IMG/VR virus record: IMGVR_UViG_3300002131_000106
Strand: one strand, 5' to 3'
Source: an uncultured virus (IMG/VR IMGVR_UViG_3300002131_000106)
Taxonomy: Duplodnaviria; Heunggongvirae; Uroviricota; Caudoviricetes
DNA length: 64,000 nt
The translations under genes and the position numbers were made by a program. Position 1 is the stretch's first letter. Each line of letters opens with the position of its first letter. This document shows, piece by piece, positions 51,010-60,873 of this stretch. Below the pieces are notes generated by a model. That model worked only from the letters and a program-made list of their open reading frames with translations, had not been told where the DNA came from and made no database searches.

Positions 51010-51477
51010 ATGGCACTTACAACTAACAAAAACTTTTTAAGTCCTGTCGGCTTTAGTTTTAAAATTGATTCTGTTAATTACCCCAATTTGGAGTACTTTT
51101 GCACAGCGGTGACACTCCCGGGTTTAAGTATAGCCGAAGCGTCAATGCCGTATAGAGGCGCATCTTTAGCATTTACAGGTGATAGAATTATTTTTGATGA
51201 CCTTAGCATTAGATTTAATATTACGGAAAACATGGAAAACTATATCGAGACATTCGATTGGATCCATAGTTTAATTCAATCAAACAATGCGGAAAGTCTA
51301 AAAGTTGATGCTACTCTGATGGTATTATCTTCCCATAACAATGTAACAAAACAGATTAAATTCTCAGGGGTATTCCCAAACAGTTTAAGCTCTGTGGAGT
51401 TTAACAGTCAAGCGGCTGATATAGAATACTTACAGGCAGATCTAAGTTTAAAATATACATCATTTGAGTTCGTTTAG
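51010..51477 (+). CDS. gp3: Tail tube terminator/completion protein gp3
   Basis: NFLSPVGF, YFCTAVTLPG, ENMENY and DATL. Position after gp23. Confidence 0.85.
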   Translation: MALTTNKNFLSPVGFSFKIDSVNYPNLEYFCTAVTLPGLSIAEASMPYRGASLAFTGDRIIFDDLSIRFNITENMENYIETFDWIHSLIQSNNAESLKVDATLMVLSSHNNVTKQIKFSGVFPNSLSSVEFNSQAADIEYLQADLSLKYTSFEFV

Positions 51478-51480
51478 TTA

Positions 51481-51509
51481 TTTACTTTATGTCATTTTTA
51501 TGGTATAAT
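51481..51509 (+). promoter_or_regulatory. Sigma70-type promoter for uvsY-uvsW
   Basis: TTTACT-N17-TATAAT with extended -10 TGG. Confidence 0.8.
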
Positions 51510-51541
51510 AGATATTAAGTAACCTATAATATGGAGAGATA

Positions 51542-51988
51542 ATGAATAACCTTGAGCAAATCCTTGAGATGTGGAAGAAAGATACCATAATCGATGAGAT
51601 GGAGTTAGACGAAGCATCCAGAGATTCGGCTAAACTTCATGGAAAGTACCTTGAACTATTAAGTGTAAATCGTCTTAGACATAAAAAGTTTGAGATGGAC
51701 TTTAAGGTACTTTTAAAGAATAAATGGTTATGGTATAATGGGAAGTTAACAAAAGCGGAAATGGATGACCTTGGATGGGGTTATGATCCGTTAAATGGTC
51801 TTACAGTATTAAAGGGAGATATGGATAGATTCTATGATGCTGATCCTGATATACAAGCGGTGCAGGCTAAAATAGAATACCAATCTGAAATAAATGCAGC
51901 TTTAAAAGAGATTATAGATAATATTAAATGGAGACATAGTAATATTAAAAATATAATCGATTGGAAGAAATTTACTAGTGGAATGTAA
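51542..51988 (+). CDS. uvsY: Recombination mediator UvsY
   Basis: WKKD..ID, LHGKYL, WYNGK and IKNIIDWKKFTSG. Upstream of uvsW. Confidence 0.92.
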   Translation: MNNLEQILEMWKKDTIIDEMELDEASRDSAKLHGKYLELLSVNRLRHKKFEMDFKVLLKNKWLWYNGKLTKAEMDDLGWGYDPLNGLTVLKGDMDRFYDADPDIQAVQAKIEYQSEINAALKEIIDNIKWRHSNIKNIIDWKKFTSGM

Positions 51989-53502
51989 TGCCTGAAATTA
52001 TCCGGATTAAAAAGAAGAATGAAACGTTCTTGCACATCGACTGTGACCCTAGTACACAGCACGAGTTAGCTGAACATTTTTGCTTCATGGTGCCCGGATA
52101 TAAGTTTATGCCTGCATATAAGAACAGAATGTGGGATGGTAAGATACGTTTATATGATCTTAGAAAAAAGACCCTTTATTGTGGTTTGTTTGATTATGTC
52201 AAAGAGTTTGCAGAGGTTCGAGGATATGGTATAGAGGTTGAAAATAATACTGTATATGGAAGGCCGGACATACTAGAAAAACCTGATATAAAAGGGTTAC
52301 TTGAAGATCTTAAGTTAACTGCCGGTGGGAGTATTATTACTCCTAGAGACTATCAGCTAGAAGCTCTGGAAGTTGCTTTATCTAAAACTAAATCTCTATT
52401 ACTTTCCCCTACCGCCTCCGGTAAAAGCTTAATTATATACCTTGCTATCCGATACTTCCTTAAGCATTACGATAAGCAAGTTCTTATTATTGTCCCAACC
52501 ACATCTTTGGTTGAGCAAATGTACTCCGACTTTGCTGATTACTCTAAATGGGACGAAGGGTTTGATGCTGATACAGATATACACAAGATCTATTCCGGCA
52601 AAGAAAAATTCAACCTAGAAGCTAGCGTTATTATTACTACATGGCAATCGATCTATAAACTGCCATTACCATGGTTTGAAAACTTCGGAATGGTGGTCGG
52701 GGACGAAGCCCACAACTTTAAGGCCAAATCACTGACCAGTATATTAGAAAAGTGTAATGATGCAAAATATAAGATTGGTACAACAGGTACATTAGACGGA
52801 ACAGCTACGCATCAGTTAGTATTAGAAGGACTATTTGGATCTGTGTATAAGGTTACCACTACTAAAAAACTAATGGATAACCAGGATCTAGCACAATTGG
52901 AAGTTACTATTCTACTCCTAAAATATGGGGATGATTATAGAAAGGTAGTTTCTAAACAGAAGTATCAAGAGGAATTAGATTTTATAGTTAGATACGAGCC
53001 TAGGAATAACTTCATATCTAATTTGGCTTTGGATCAAGATGGCAACACCCTTATATTATTTCAATTTGTAGATAAACACGGTAAACCTCTGCATGCTATG
53101 ATAGAAGAGAAAATAGCAGGTATGAACAGGCAATCCAGAAAGGTATTCTATGTCTCTGGAGAAACGGATGTTACAACCAGAGAAAGTATTAGAGCTATTA
53201 CAGAAAACGAGGATAATGCAATTATTGTTGCTTCGGTAGGTACCTTTTCTACTGGTATAAATATAAAGAGACTACACAATATAATCTTTGCTTCACCATC
53301 TAAGTCACAGATTAGGGTCTTGCAGTCTATAGGTAGAGGTTTAAGAAAAAGCTCAGATGGTATCGATACTAAGGTATTTGATATAGCAGATGATTTACAA
53401 TGGAAGAACAAAAAGAATTATACTCTGGAACATGCCAATATTAGGATCCAGATTTATAATAAAGAGAAATTTGACTATAAAATATTTGAGATAAATATAT
53501 AA
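51988..53502 (+). CDS. uvsW: SF2 helicase UvsW
   Basis: WDGKIRL, PRDYQ, SPTASGKS, DEAH, GTTGT, TFSTGINI and QSIGRGLR. Confidence 0.96.
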   Translation: MPEIIRIKKKNETFLHIDCDPSTQHELAEHFCFMVPGYKFMPAYKNRMWDGKIRLYDLRKKTLYCGLFDYVKEFAEVRGYGIEVENNTVYGRPDILEKPDIKGLLEDLKLTAGGSIITPRDYQLEALEVALSKTKSLLLSPTASGKSLIIYLAIRYFLKHYDKQVLIIVPTTSLVEQMYSDFADYSKWDEGFDADTDIHKIYSGKEKFNLEASVIITTWQSIYKLPLPWFENFGMVVGDEAHNFKAKSLTSILEKCNDAKYKIGTTGTLDGTATHQLVLEGLFGSVYKVTTTKKLMDNQDLAQLEVTILLLKYGDDYRKVVSKQKYQEELDFIVRYEPRNNFISNLALDQDGNTLILFQFVDKHGKPLHAMIEEKIAGMNRQSRKVFYVSGETDVTTRESIRAITENEDNAIIVASVGTFSTGINIKRLHNIIFASPSKSQIRVLQSIGRGLRKSSDGIDTKVFDIADDLQWKNKKNYTLEHANIRIQIYNKEKFDYKIFEINI

Positions 53503-53904
53503 ATGATGACCGATCAATCAATTGAAGAACTAAACATAAGACATTTTAAATTAAGGTCTGGGGATGAGATACTGGCATTAGTCTCTAATCGGAACAAAGA
53601 TAATTGGATGGTGGAAGCACCCCTTTTAATCTCAGAAAATATGGCTGGGGGTAAACAGTTATCTCACTGGTTCCCTTTCAGTACTACAAAGATGTTCAAG
53701 CTAATAGATTTTGATGTTATGCAACATTCATCGGTTGTATCAGAGATCAAGTCTACCTACATTAAGTTCGCTTTGCGAACTCAACAAGTTGAACTCATTA
53801 AACAGAATGATGAAATACTCGAAGAGTATATGAATTCAAATAAGAGTGATGATGATTCTTATTATGACCCCATTAATACTATGGATACAGAGACAATTCA
53901 CTAG
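53503..53904 (+). CDS. Conserved hypothetical protein, Sm-like fold likely
   Basis: FKLRSGDEILA..W.PFS pattern, typical of the ORF between uvsW and gp55. A TATAAATA lies upstream at 53256-53263. Confidence 0.65.
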   Translation: MMTDQSIEELNIRHFKLRSGDEILALVSNRNKDNWMVEAPLLISENMAGGKQLSHWFPFSTTKMFKLIDFDVMQHSSVVSEIKSTYIKFALRTQQVELIKQNDEILEEYMNSNKSDDDSYYDPINTMDTETIH

Positions 53905-53934
53905 TATATCATCCCTTCCCTGAGACGACACTCT

Positions 53935-53970
53935 ATTATATCATACTTTTTCATGTTTGTAAACCCCCTA
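53935..53970 (-). promoter_or_regulatory. Leftward (antisense) sigma70-type promoter
   Basis: The reverse strand reads TAGGGGG-TTTACA-N17-TATAAT with TG at the extended -10 position (-35 at 53963-53958, -10 at 53940-53935). Confidence 0.75.
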
Positions 53971-53994
53971 AGTGAAATATATTTATTTACTAAA

Positions 53995-54029
53995 TAGGGG
54001 TTTACATTCGCTTTGAAATATGGTATAAT
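53995..54029 (+). promoter_or_regulatory. Sigma70-type promoter for gp55-gp47-gp46
   Basis: TAGGGG-TTTACA-N17-TATAAT with TGG extended -10. Confidence 0.85.
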
Positions 54030-54052
54030 ATATCATTATAAAGGAGATACTC

Positions 54053-54625
54053 ATGACAACTGAAAAAGCAAAGACTAAACCCCATTACATTGATAATAAA
54101 CAATTCTCTTTAGCTGTGGTTGAATATGTTAAATCCGTTAGAGAAGCAGAGATTAATGAAAAAGAAACCCCTAAGGTAACAAACTATATTGCTATGTGCT
54201 TTCTTAAGATATCCGAAGGCCTATCTCATCGTCCTAATTTTGTTCGATACACGTACAGGGAAGAGATGGTGATGGATGCGGTTGAAAACTGTCTAAGAGC
54301 AGTAAACAACTATAGAATAGAAACTACGACTAGAACTGGCTTACCTAATGCATTTTCTTACTTTACTCAGATTTGCTTCTATGCATTTATTAGACGTATA
54401 ACCAAAGAAAAGAAACAACAAGATATTAAATTTAGATTCATAGAGCGTATGGGTGTAGAAGACTTTATCCACACTGGTATGGATGATGGCCACTCTGCAG
54501 AGACCATGGCTTATGTAGATTCCCTTAGATCAAGAATTGATCAGGTCAAATATAAAGATGAGAAAATCAAGTCTTTTGCCAAAGAAGAAAAAGCAAGAGA
54601 AAAACTAGAACTCTTTATGGTATAA
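54053..54625 (+). CDS. gp55: Late-transcription sigma factor gp55
   Basis: HYIDNK.F, LSHRPNFVRYTYREEMVMDAVENC and NAFSYFTQIC.YAF.RRI.KEKKQ. Confidence 0.96.
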   Translation: MTTEKAKTKPHYIDNKQFSLAVVEYVKSVREAEINEKETPKVTNYIAMCFLKISEGLSHRPNFVRYTYREEMVMDAVENCLRAVNNYRIETTTRTGLPNAFSYFTQICFYAFIRRITKEKKQQDIKFRFIERMGVEDFIHTGMDDGHSAETMAYVDSLRSRIDQVKYKDEKIKSFAKEEKAREKLELFMV

Positions 54626-54631
54626 CATTAT

Positions 54632-55693
54632 ATGAAAATCGCTATATTAAATGACACTCATTGTGGTGTTAGGAATTCCTCTGATATTTTTCTTAACTAT
54701 CAAAAGCTATTTTATAGCAAGGTATTTTTTCCGTATCTCAAAGAACATAATATTAAGAATATTTTACACCTTGGTGACTATTACGAGCATCGCAAGTTTG
54801 TTAACTTTAAAGCATTAAATCAGAACAGAAAAGACTTCCTAGAACCTATGAGGGATAATGGTATTACTATGGATATTATCCCTGGTAACCATGACGTATA
54901 CTTTAAGAATACCAATGAATTGTGCTCTTTAAAAGAGCTTTTAGGATACTTTACTTCCAACGTTAATATCATCATGAAGCCATCAGTGCTTGACTATGAT
55001 GGGTGCAAGGTTGGAGTATTACCGTGGATTAATAACGCTAACTATGAAGAGTATACCAAATGGATAAAGACGTGTGAAGCTTCTATCATTGGGGCTCATC
55101 TCGAGTTAAAGGGATTTGAAATGATGGCTGGGGTTACTAATCCCCATGGAATGAATGCTGACATATTCTCTCGTTTTGAAATGGTTTTATCAGGTCATTT
55201 TCATACTAAATCAACCCAGGGTAACGTAACATATCTAGGCTCGCAGATGGAATTTACTTGGTCTGATGTTGATGATCCAAAGTACTTCCACGTACTAGAT
55301 ACAGAGACTAGAGAGATCACGCCCGTACGTAATCCTATTACTATGTTTAAAAAAGTCATATATGATGATACTAATACCGATTATAACAACATTGATATTA
55401 GTCAATTTGAGCATAAATTCATAAAGATCATAGTAGTTAGTAAAAATGATCTTTATATGTTTGATCGATTTATTGATAGACTTCAGGGTATAGAAACTTA
55501 TGAGCTAAAGATCGCAGAGAGCTTTGAGGAGTACCTGGGGGAAAGCGTAGATGATGAAAAGGTATCCTTAGAAGATACTTCCCAACTATTGGATTCCTAT
55601 GTAGAAGCTGTAGATACTGATTTAGATAAAAATCACCTTAAAGTTCAATTGCGTAAACTATACACAGAAGCCCAGAATTTGGAGGTTATATGA
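54632..55693 (+). CDS. gp47: Recombination endonuclease subunit gp47 (Mre11/SbcD-like)
   Basis: DTH.G, LGD, GNHD, HLE and SGHFH phosphoesterase motifs. Confidence 0.96.
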   Translation: MKIAILNDTHCGVRNSSDIFLNYQKLFYSKVFFPYLKEHNIKNILHLGDYYEHRKFVNFKALNQNRKDFLEPMRDNGITMDIIPGNHDVYFKNTNELCSLKELLGYFTSNVNIIMKPSVLDYDGCKVGVLPWINNANYEEYTKWIKTCEASIIGAHLELKGFEMMAGVTNPHGMNADIFSRFEMVLSGHFHTKSTQGNVTYLGSQMEFTWSDVDDPKYFHVLDTETREITPVRNPITMFKKVIYDDTNTDYNNIDISQFEHKFIKIIVVSKNDLYMFDRFIDRLQGIETYELKIAESFEEYLGESVDDEKVSLEDTSQLLDSYVEAVDTDLDKNHLKVQLRKLYTEAQNLEVI

Positions 55694-57405
55694 TTCAATT
55701 TAAATCAGTAGCATGGCGAAACTTTTTGTCTACAGGGTCAGATGCAATTGAAATTAAGCTAGACAAATCCCCGTCTACCTTAATCGTAGGACAGAATGGT
55801 GCTGGCAAATCTACTATGCTAGATGCTTTGTCTTTTGGACTATTTGGAAAGGCACACAGAGACATTAATAAAAACCAGCTGATTAACTCTATCAACGGTA
55901 AAGGCACAGAGGTTACCGTTGAGTTTAATATTGGTAACTCTGAGTTTAAAGTTGTTAGAGGTATAAAACCAACCAGATTCGAGATTTGGCAAAATAACAA
56001 CATGATTAATCAGTCAGCAAATGCCAGGGATTATCAGAGGTTCCTAGAGCAGAATATTCTAAAGCTTAATCATAAGTCTTTCCACCAAGTGGTTGTTTTG
56101 GGTAGTAGTTCCTTTATTCCTTTTATGCAATTGCCTGTATGGTCAAGACGCGGGATTATCGAGGATCTTCTAGACATTAATATTTTCTCTAAGATGAACA
56201 TGCTTCTTAAGGAAAGAAATGCAAAGATTAAAGAAGAATTGGTGGATATAACCCATCAGATTGATTTATTTAAAACCCGAATAGATTCCCAGTCAAAATA
56301 CATAAAAAGTCTTGAATCTTTAAACAAGGACCAGATAGCTCAGAAAATGGAGTCTATTGAAATACATAAAGAAAAAATACAAGAGACCTTTAATGAATCT
56401 AAGACTTTAGGTAAAAACCTTCAGGTCCTTATGTCTGCTGAAGAAAAGACCAATCGGGACTTACTAGATCGTATGTCCCAGATGAAGTCATTTAACTTGC
56501 AACATAATTCTAAGATTAAAGAACTAGTTAGCCAATCTAAGTTTTATGAACTAAATGACCAATGTCCAACCTGTGACCAGGGTATATCCGCAGATATTAA
56601 AGAAGACAAGATCTCTAATATAATCTCTAAGGCTAAAGAAGTTCAGACCGAAAAAGAATCACTAGGAAAGACCATAGAATCTTTGCAAAGCGAAATGTCG
56701 GAGGTTAGTTCGAATCTAAATATACTAAGACAAAAACAAGCCAAGATTAACTCTAATAATGATGTTATAACAGTATTACAAAAAGAGATCGATAAGGTCC
56801 AAAGAGAGATAAATAATCTTTCTAGCCAAAATGGGGATAGTGCGGCTGCCAAAACAGAATTAAAAGATCTAGCTAAGGGTAAGGAAGATGCTACAGAACG
56901 AAAGCTCGAATATGTTGAAGAAAGAACCTATAATGAAGTTCTAGGAGAAATGCTGAAAGATACTGGTATTAAGACTAAAGTAATCAAGCAATATCTTCCT
57001 ATCATGAACAGGTTTATTAACCAATATCTTCAGGTTTTGGACTTCTTTGTTGCTTTCCATCTAGACGAAAGCTTTAATGAAACCATTAGGTCTAGGCATC
57101 GAGACTCTTTTAATTATGCCTCATTTTCAGAAGGTGAAAAACAAAGGATTGACCTTGCCCTGCTTTTTACCTGGAGACAGATTGCCAGAATGAAAAATAG
57201 TGCTTCTACCAACCTACTAGTCTTAGACGAGACCTTTGATTCTTCGCTAGATTCTGAAGGTGTAGATAGTCTTACCAAGATCCTAACCACCCTCGAGGAT
57301 AGCACTAATGTCTTTATTATCAGTCATAAAGGTGATATACTGGAAAACAAGTTTAGGTCCAAAATCGAGTTCTTTAAGCATAAAAACTTCTCAAAGATCA
57401 GATAG
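55690..57405 (+). CDS. gp46: Recombination ATPase gp46 (Rad50/SbcC-like)
   Basis: Walker A GQNGAGKS, Zn-hook CPTC, signature FSEGE, LDETFD and ISH. Confidence 0.96.
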   Translation: MIQFKSVAWRNFLSTGSDAIEIKLDKSPSTLIVGQNGAGKSTMLDALSFGLFGKAHRDINKNQLINSINGKGTEVTVEFNIGNSEFKVVRGIKPTRFEIWQNNNMINQSANARDYQRFLEQNILKLNHKSFHQVVVLGSSSFIPFMQLPVWSRRGIIEDLLDINIFSKMNMLLKERNAKIKEELVDITHQIDLFKTRIDSQSKYIKSLESLNKDQIAQKMESIEIHKEKIQETFNESKTLGKNLQVLMSAEEKTNRDLLDRMSQMKSFNLQHNSKIKELVSQSKFYELNDQCPTCDQGISADIKEDKISNIISKAKEVQTEKESLGKTIESLQSEMSEVSSNLNILRQKQAKINSNNDVITVLQKEIDKVQREINNLSSQNGDSAAAKTELKDLAKGKEDATERKLEYVEERTYNEVLGEMLKDTGIKTKVIKQYLPIMNRFINQYLQVLDFFVAFHLDESFNETIRSRHRDSFNYASFSEGEKQRIDLALLFTWRQIARMKNSASTNLLVLDETFDSSLDSEGVDSLTKILTTLEDSTNVFIISHKGDILENKFRSKIEFFKHKNFSKIR

Positions 57406-57471
57406 CAGATATACCAAAAAGTTATAAGCTTATAACATAATGTCCTAAAATAATGCCCCTTTTTTCATTAA

Positions 57472-57506
57472 AGGGGGTATACACCCCATCGTTTATGCGG
57501 TATAAT
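57472..57506 (+). promoter_or_regulatory. Sigma70-type promoter for the peptidase-vWA gene
   Basis: AGGGGG-TATACA-N17-TATAAT. A perfect 16-bp palindrome lies upstream at 57421-57436. Confidence 0.75.
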
Positions 57507-57533
57507 ACTCGTGTAAAATAAGGAAAAACGGAT

Positions 57534-59657
57534 ATGCGAGAAAATCATTTTTTACCAAAGCTTCTAGCTAAAGAGAATATCACTATTCGCCATGGTAACT
57601 ATAAGACTGCATGGTTCGATATTAAAAATCGAGTCTTAGGTCTTCCTACATGGGAAGATATGGACAAAGACGTTTATGACCTATTTACAGGTCACGAAGT
57701 TGGCCATGCACTATTTACTCCATGGGAAGGATGGCACGACAGCCCAGAAAAACTAGAAGGTTGTCCCCGCTCATATATTAATGTCGTGGAAGACGCTCGG
57801 ATCGAAAAAGAGATCAGAAACGTTTATCCTGGTTTAAAGGGACCATTTCAAAGAGGCTACAAAAAGCTTTTAGACCTAGCGTTTTTTGGTCCAGTGGAAG
57901 ATATTGATTGGGTCCAGACCAAATTAATCGATAAAATCAACCTTAAGGCTAAGCTTGGTAATCTTCTAGAAGTACCCTTTTCTAAAGAAGAATATGTATT
58001 TTTTGACCGGTCTCTTAAGACCGAGACATTCGAAGAGGTGGTTCAACTAGTACTAGATATTGTCGCCTTTACTAAAGAAAATACCCCAGAGTTACTTGAT
58101 AATCCCCCAGAAGAAGATAATTTCGGGGAGATGGAAAATGATGATATCCAATCAAGTGATTCAGATGAGGGTGAAAGTGAAAGTGAGTTAGAATCAAAAG
58201 ATCCTGGTGATAGTAAAGGCGAATCTGATTCTGAAGACGACACAAAATCTATTTCTTTAGGTATTGAACCTCGCCACGTTCAAAACGAGACCTCTATTAC
58301 AGATCAGATATTTAGATCTATGGAAAAATCCTTGATTAAGGTTGATGCTCATGGGTTTCAAGCCGTTAGCATAAACCAGCTTAAAAAAAGCCAAATATCA
58401 AACATTGTTATATCATATGACGAACTTCGAAGAAAAAGAAAAGAATCCTTAATAAGGTCTGGATCTCATATGCCAGATTTTATAAAATCTGATTACCCGA
58501 AGTATATTAAAGGCGTGAAAAAGAACATCCAGTTTGCTGTTAGAGAGTTCGAAATGAAGAAGGCTGCCTACCAGTATTCTCGGGCTACTGTTGGCAAAAA
58601 AGGCGTTATTGACGTAAATCGTTTGCACAGTTATAAAACCAACGAAGATATTTTCTCCCAGGTGACTAACTTGGCAGATTCAAAGTCCCATGGCATGATA
58701 CTTCTTCTTGATTATTCAGGTTCTATGTATAATTCATTACCTCAGGTTTTGGATCAGGTTATGAACTTAATAGTCTTTTGCAAGCAGATCAACATACCAT
58801 TTGATGTTTATTCCTTTAGTACCTATAACGAGTCTATTGATTATAAAGAATTACAGGATGGCGATCTAGATCTTAACGATCTTTCTATGCCCCATTTATG
58901 CTCATCATCGTTTAATAAAAAGGACTATGAAGATTCGATGATGCATCTATTCGCTAGATCGGTTTATAATGACTGCAGTTATGAATTTTGTGCTCGCGAA
59001 GAGAGGCTAGGTAGTACACCATTGGATCAAGCATTGATCGTCTCCCATGATCTTATTAGAGACTTTAAAGCTAAGCATAAGGTTCAAAAAATGAACTTTA
59101 TTACTTTTACTGATGGTGACTCCAACCCCATACGTTCGGTTAGAGATACCTCATTACAAGTAGAGAGAGTACCTACACAACATTACGGAAGCTTATTTAG
59201 TGTAATGATCCAAAACAAAATGATAAGAGACATAACCAAAGCCCAATCAACAGAAAGGCTCCTTACCAGCATAAGGGAACGATATAACACAAATACCATA
59301 GGATTCTTCATGGCTGATTCGGTAAAGGCTTGGAATCGAAAGGCTCTAGATTGTATGAAATCAGAATCCAAGATTACTCCAGAATCCCCATTTGAGTACC
59401 ATAAGCTTGAAGAATACAAAACAAAATTATTAAAAGAATATAAAGCCAACAAATGCGTTTCTAAATCAAATATCCTTGGGTATAACCAATACTACCTTGT
59501 TAAAAGCGGTAGATCACTAGAAACCGTCGCAGATGAGTTCGAGACTAAGGAAAACGCCTCAAAGTCACAAATCCTAACCTCTTTCAAGAAGTTTTCTAAG
59601 TCCAAAAAGAACAATAAGGTCCTTATGACTAATTTCGCAAAAGCCGTTGCAGAATAG
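57534..59657 (+). CDS. CobT-like protein: zincin-like HExxH domain, acidic linker and vWA domain
   Basis: GHEVGHALFT..NVVEDARIE, an acidic D/E/S linker, MIDAS LLDYSGSM, STPL and FTDGD. Confidence 0.8.
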   Translation: MRENHFLPKLLAKENITIRHGNYKTAWFDIKNRVLGLPTWEDMDKDVYDLFTGHEVGHALFTPWEGWHDSPEKLEGCPRSYINVVEDARIEKEIRNVYPGLKGPFQRGYKKLLDLAFFGPVEDIDWVQTKLIDKINLKAKLGNLLEVPFSKEEYVFFDRSLKTETFEEVVQLVLDIVAFTKENTPELLDNPPEEDNFGEMENDDIQSSDSDEGESESELESKDPGDSKGESDSEDDTKSISLGIEPRHVQNETSITDQIFRSMEKSLIKVDAHGFQAVSINQLKKSQISNIVISYDELRRKRKESLIRSGSHMPDFIKSDYPKYIKGVKKNIQFAVREFEMKKAAYQYSRATVGKKGVIDVNRLHSYKTNEDIFSQVTNLADSKSHGMILLLDYSGSMYNSLPQVLDQVMNLIVFCKQINIPFDVYSFSTYNESIDYKELQDGDLDLNDLSMPHLCSSSFNKKDYEDSMMHLFARSVYNDCSYEFCAREERLGSTPLDQALIVSHDLIRDFKAKHKVQKMNFITFTDGDSNPIRSVRDTSLQVERVPTQHYGSLFSVMIQNKMIRDITKAQSTERLLTSIRERYNTNTIGFFMADSVKAWNRKALDCMKSESKITPESPFEYHKLEEYKTKLLKEYKANKCVSKSNILGYNQYYLVKSGRSLETVADEFETKENASKSQILTSFKKFSKSKKNNKVLMTNFAKAVAE

Positions 59658-59684
59658 GCGAAAATATCATAAGTATTTTCGCCC

Positions 59685-59720
59685 TAGGGGGTTACGGTTA
59701 GGGGTATTATATGGTATAAT
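59685..59720 (+). promoter_or_regulatory. Sigma70-type promoter for the AAA gene, preceded by a 10-bp hairpin
   Basis: TAGGGG-GTTACG-N18-TATAAT with TGG. Hairpin GGCGAAAATA-N7-TATTTTCGCC at 59657-59683. Confidence 0.7.
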
Positions 59721-59759
59721 ACTCCCATATTATTTAACAACGTGAGCATTACATATATT

Positions 59760-60872
59760 ATGAAAAATTCTACCCAAGTTATTCTTAAAGAGCTAGCTAC
59801 GAGGTTCCCTGATACTTTAGAGTTTCGCCGTAAAACGGTGGAGGATATTTCTAAAGAAATGGGTTATACAGGAAAGGACTATAAGTCCCTTATGACCGAT
59901 GAAAATCGGGTTCGAATTGGGACTTATAGCCTAGAAAATGTTATTTTGCCTTTTCGTAAAAAAGAACCAGAATTATTGAAACCTACCGGTCCTATTGAAA
60001 TGCAATCAACGGTAAATAAAGAAAGAACTTACGCACAACTAGATCCAACATTTGTGCCATGGGGAGCTTATGATGATATTGTTAAAATTACCAGGACTGA
60101 GAGCTTCTTTCCTGTTTACATTAGCGGACTATCGGGCAATGGCAAAACCTTTATGGTCGAACAAGCCTGTGCAAAATTAAATAAGGAGTTTATTCGTGTT
60201 CAAATCAATCCAGAAACGGATGAAGATGATCTCATCGGCGGCTTTCGACTCATTAATGGAGAAACGGTATTCTTTAAGGGCCCAGTGCTTAAAGCCATGG
60301 AGAATGGTGCAGTTTTACTTCTCGATGAAATTGATCGAGCTACAAATAAAATTATGTGTCTTCAAGGTATACTTGAGGGGAAACCTATACTCATTAAGAA
60401 AACGGGCGAAACGCTATATCCGAAAGCTGGATTCAATGTTATAGCTACTGCTAATACTAAAGGTAAAGGCTCGGAAGATGGCAGATTCTCTGCTGCTTCA
60501 ATCATCGATGATGCATTCTTAGAGCGCTTCACGATCTCCATTGATCAAAAATTCCCATCGGTTTCAATCGAAAAAAAGATACTTGTTAACCACATGAAAA
60601 AGTTTGGTGCCGATGATGTGCAGTTTGTTAATCAACTTGTAGATTGGGCAGATATTATTCGAAAAACCTTCTATGATGATGGTGTTGATGAGGTGATTTC
60701 AACGCGTCGACTATGCCATATTATACAGACTTTTTCAATTTTTAATGATCGTATGAAGGCTATTGAGCTTTGTATTTCAAGGTTTGATGAAGATACCAAA
60801 GAAGCTTTCCTAGATCTTTACACAAAAGTAGACTCGGACGTTAGCTTAACAACACAAACAGAGGATAATTAA
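59760..60872 (+). CDS. MoxR/CobS-like AAA+ ATPase
   Basis: Walker A GLSGNGKT, ETDEDDLIGG, Walker B LLLDEID, ATANTKG, AFLERF and ISTRRL. The ATG at 59760 is preferred; GTG at 59742 is possible. Confidence 0.88.
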   Translation: MKNSTQVILKELATRFPDTLEFRRKTVEDISKEMGYTGKDYKSLMTDENRVRIGTYSLENVILPFRKKEPELLKPTGPIEMQSTVNKERTYAQLDPTFVPWGAYDDIVKITRTESFFPVYISGLSGNGKTFMVEQACAKLNKEFIRVQINPETDEDDLIGGFRLINGETVFFKGPVLKAMENGAVLLLDEIDRATNKIMCLQGILEGKPILIKKTGETLYPKAGFNVIATANTKGKGSEDGRFSAASIIDDAFLERFTISIDQKFPSVSIEKKILVNHMKKFGADDVQFVNQLVDWADIIRKTFYDDGVDEVISTRRLCHIIQTFSIFNDRMKAIELCISRFDEDTKEAFLDLYTKVDSDVSLTTQTEDN

Positions 60873-60873
60873 A

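Noticed and set aside
57534..60872. Cobalamin biosynthesis auxiliary genes (cobT/cobS)
   Set aside because: Only generic MoxR-AAA and vWA motifs are present. No CobN or other cob genes occur in the window, so the symbols were withheld.
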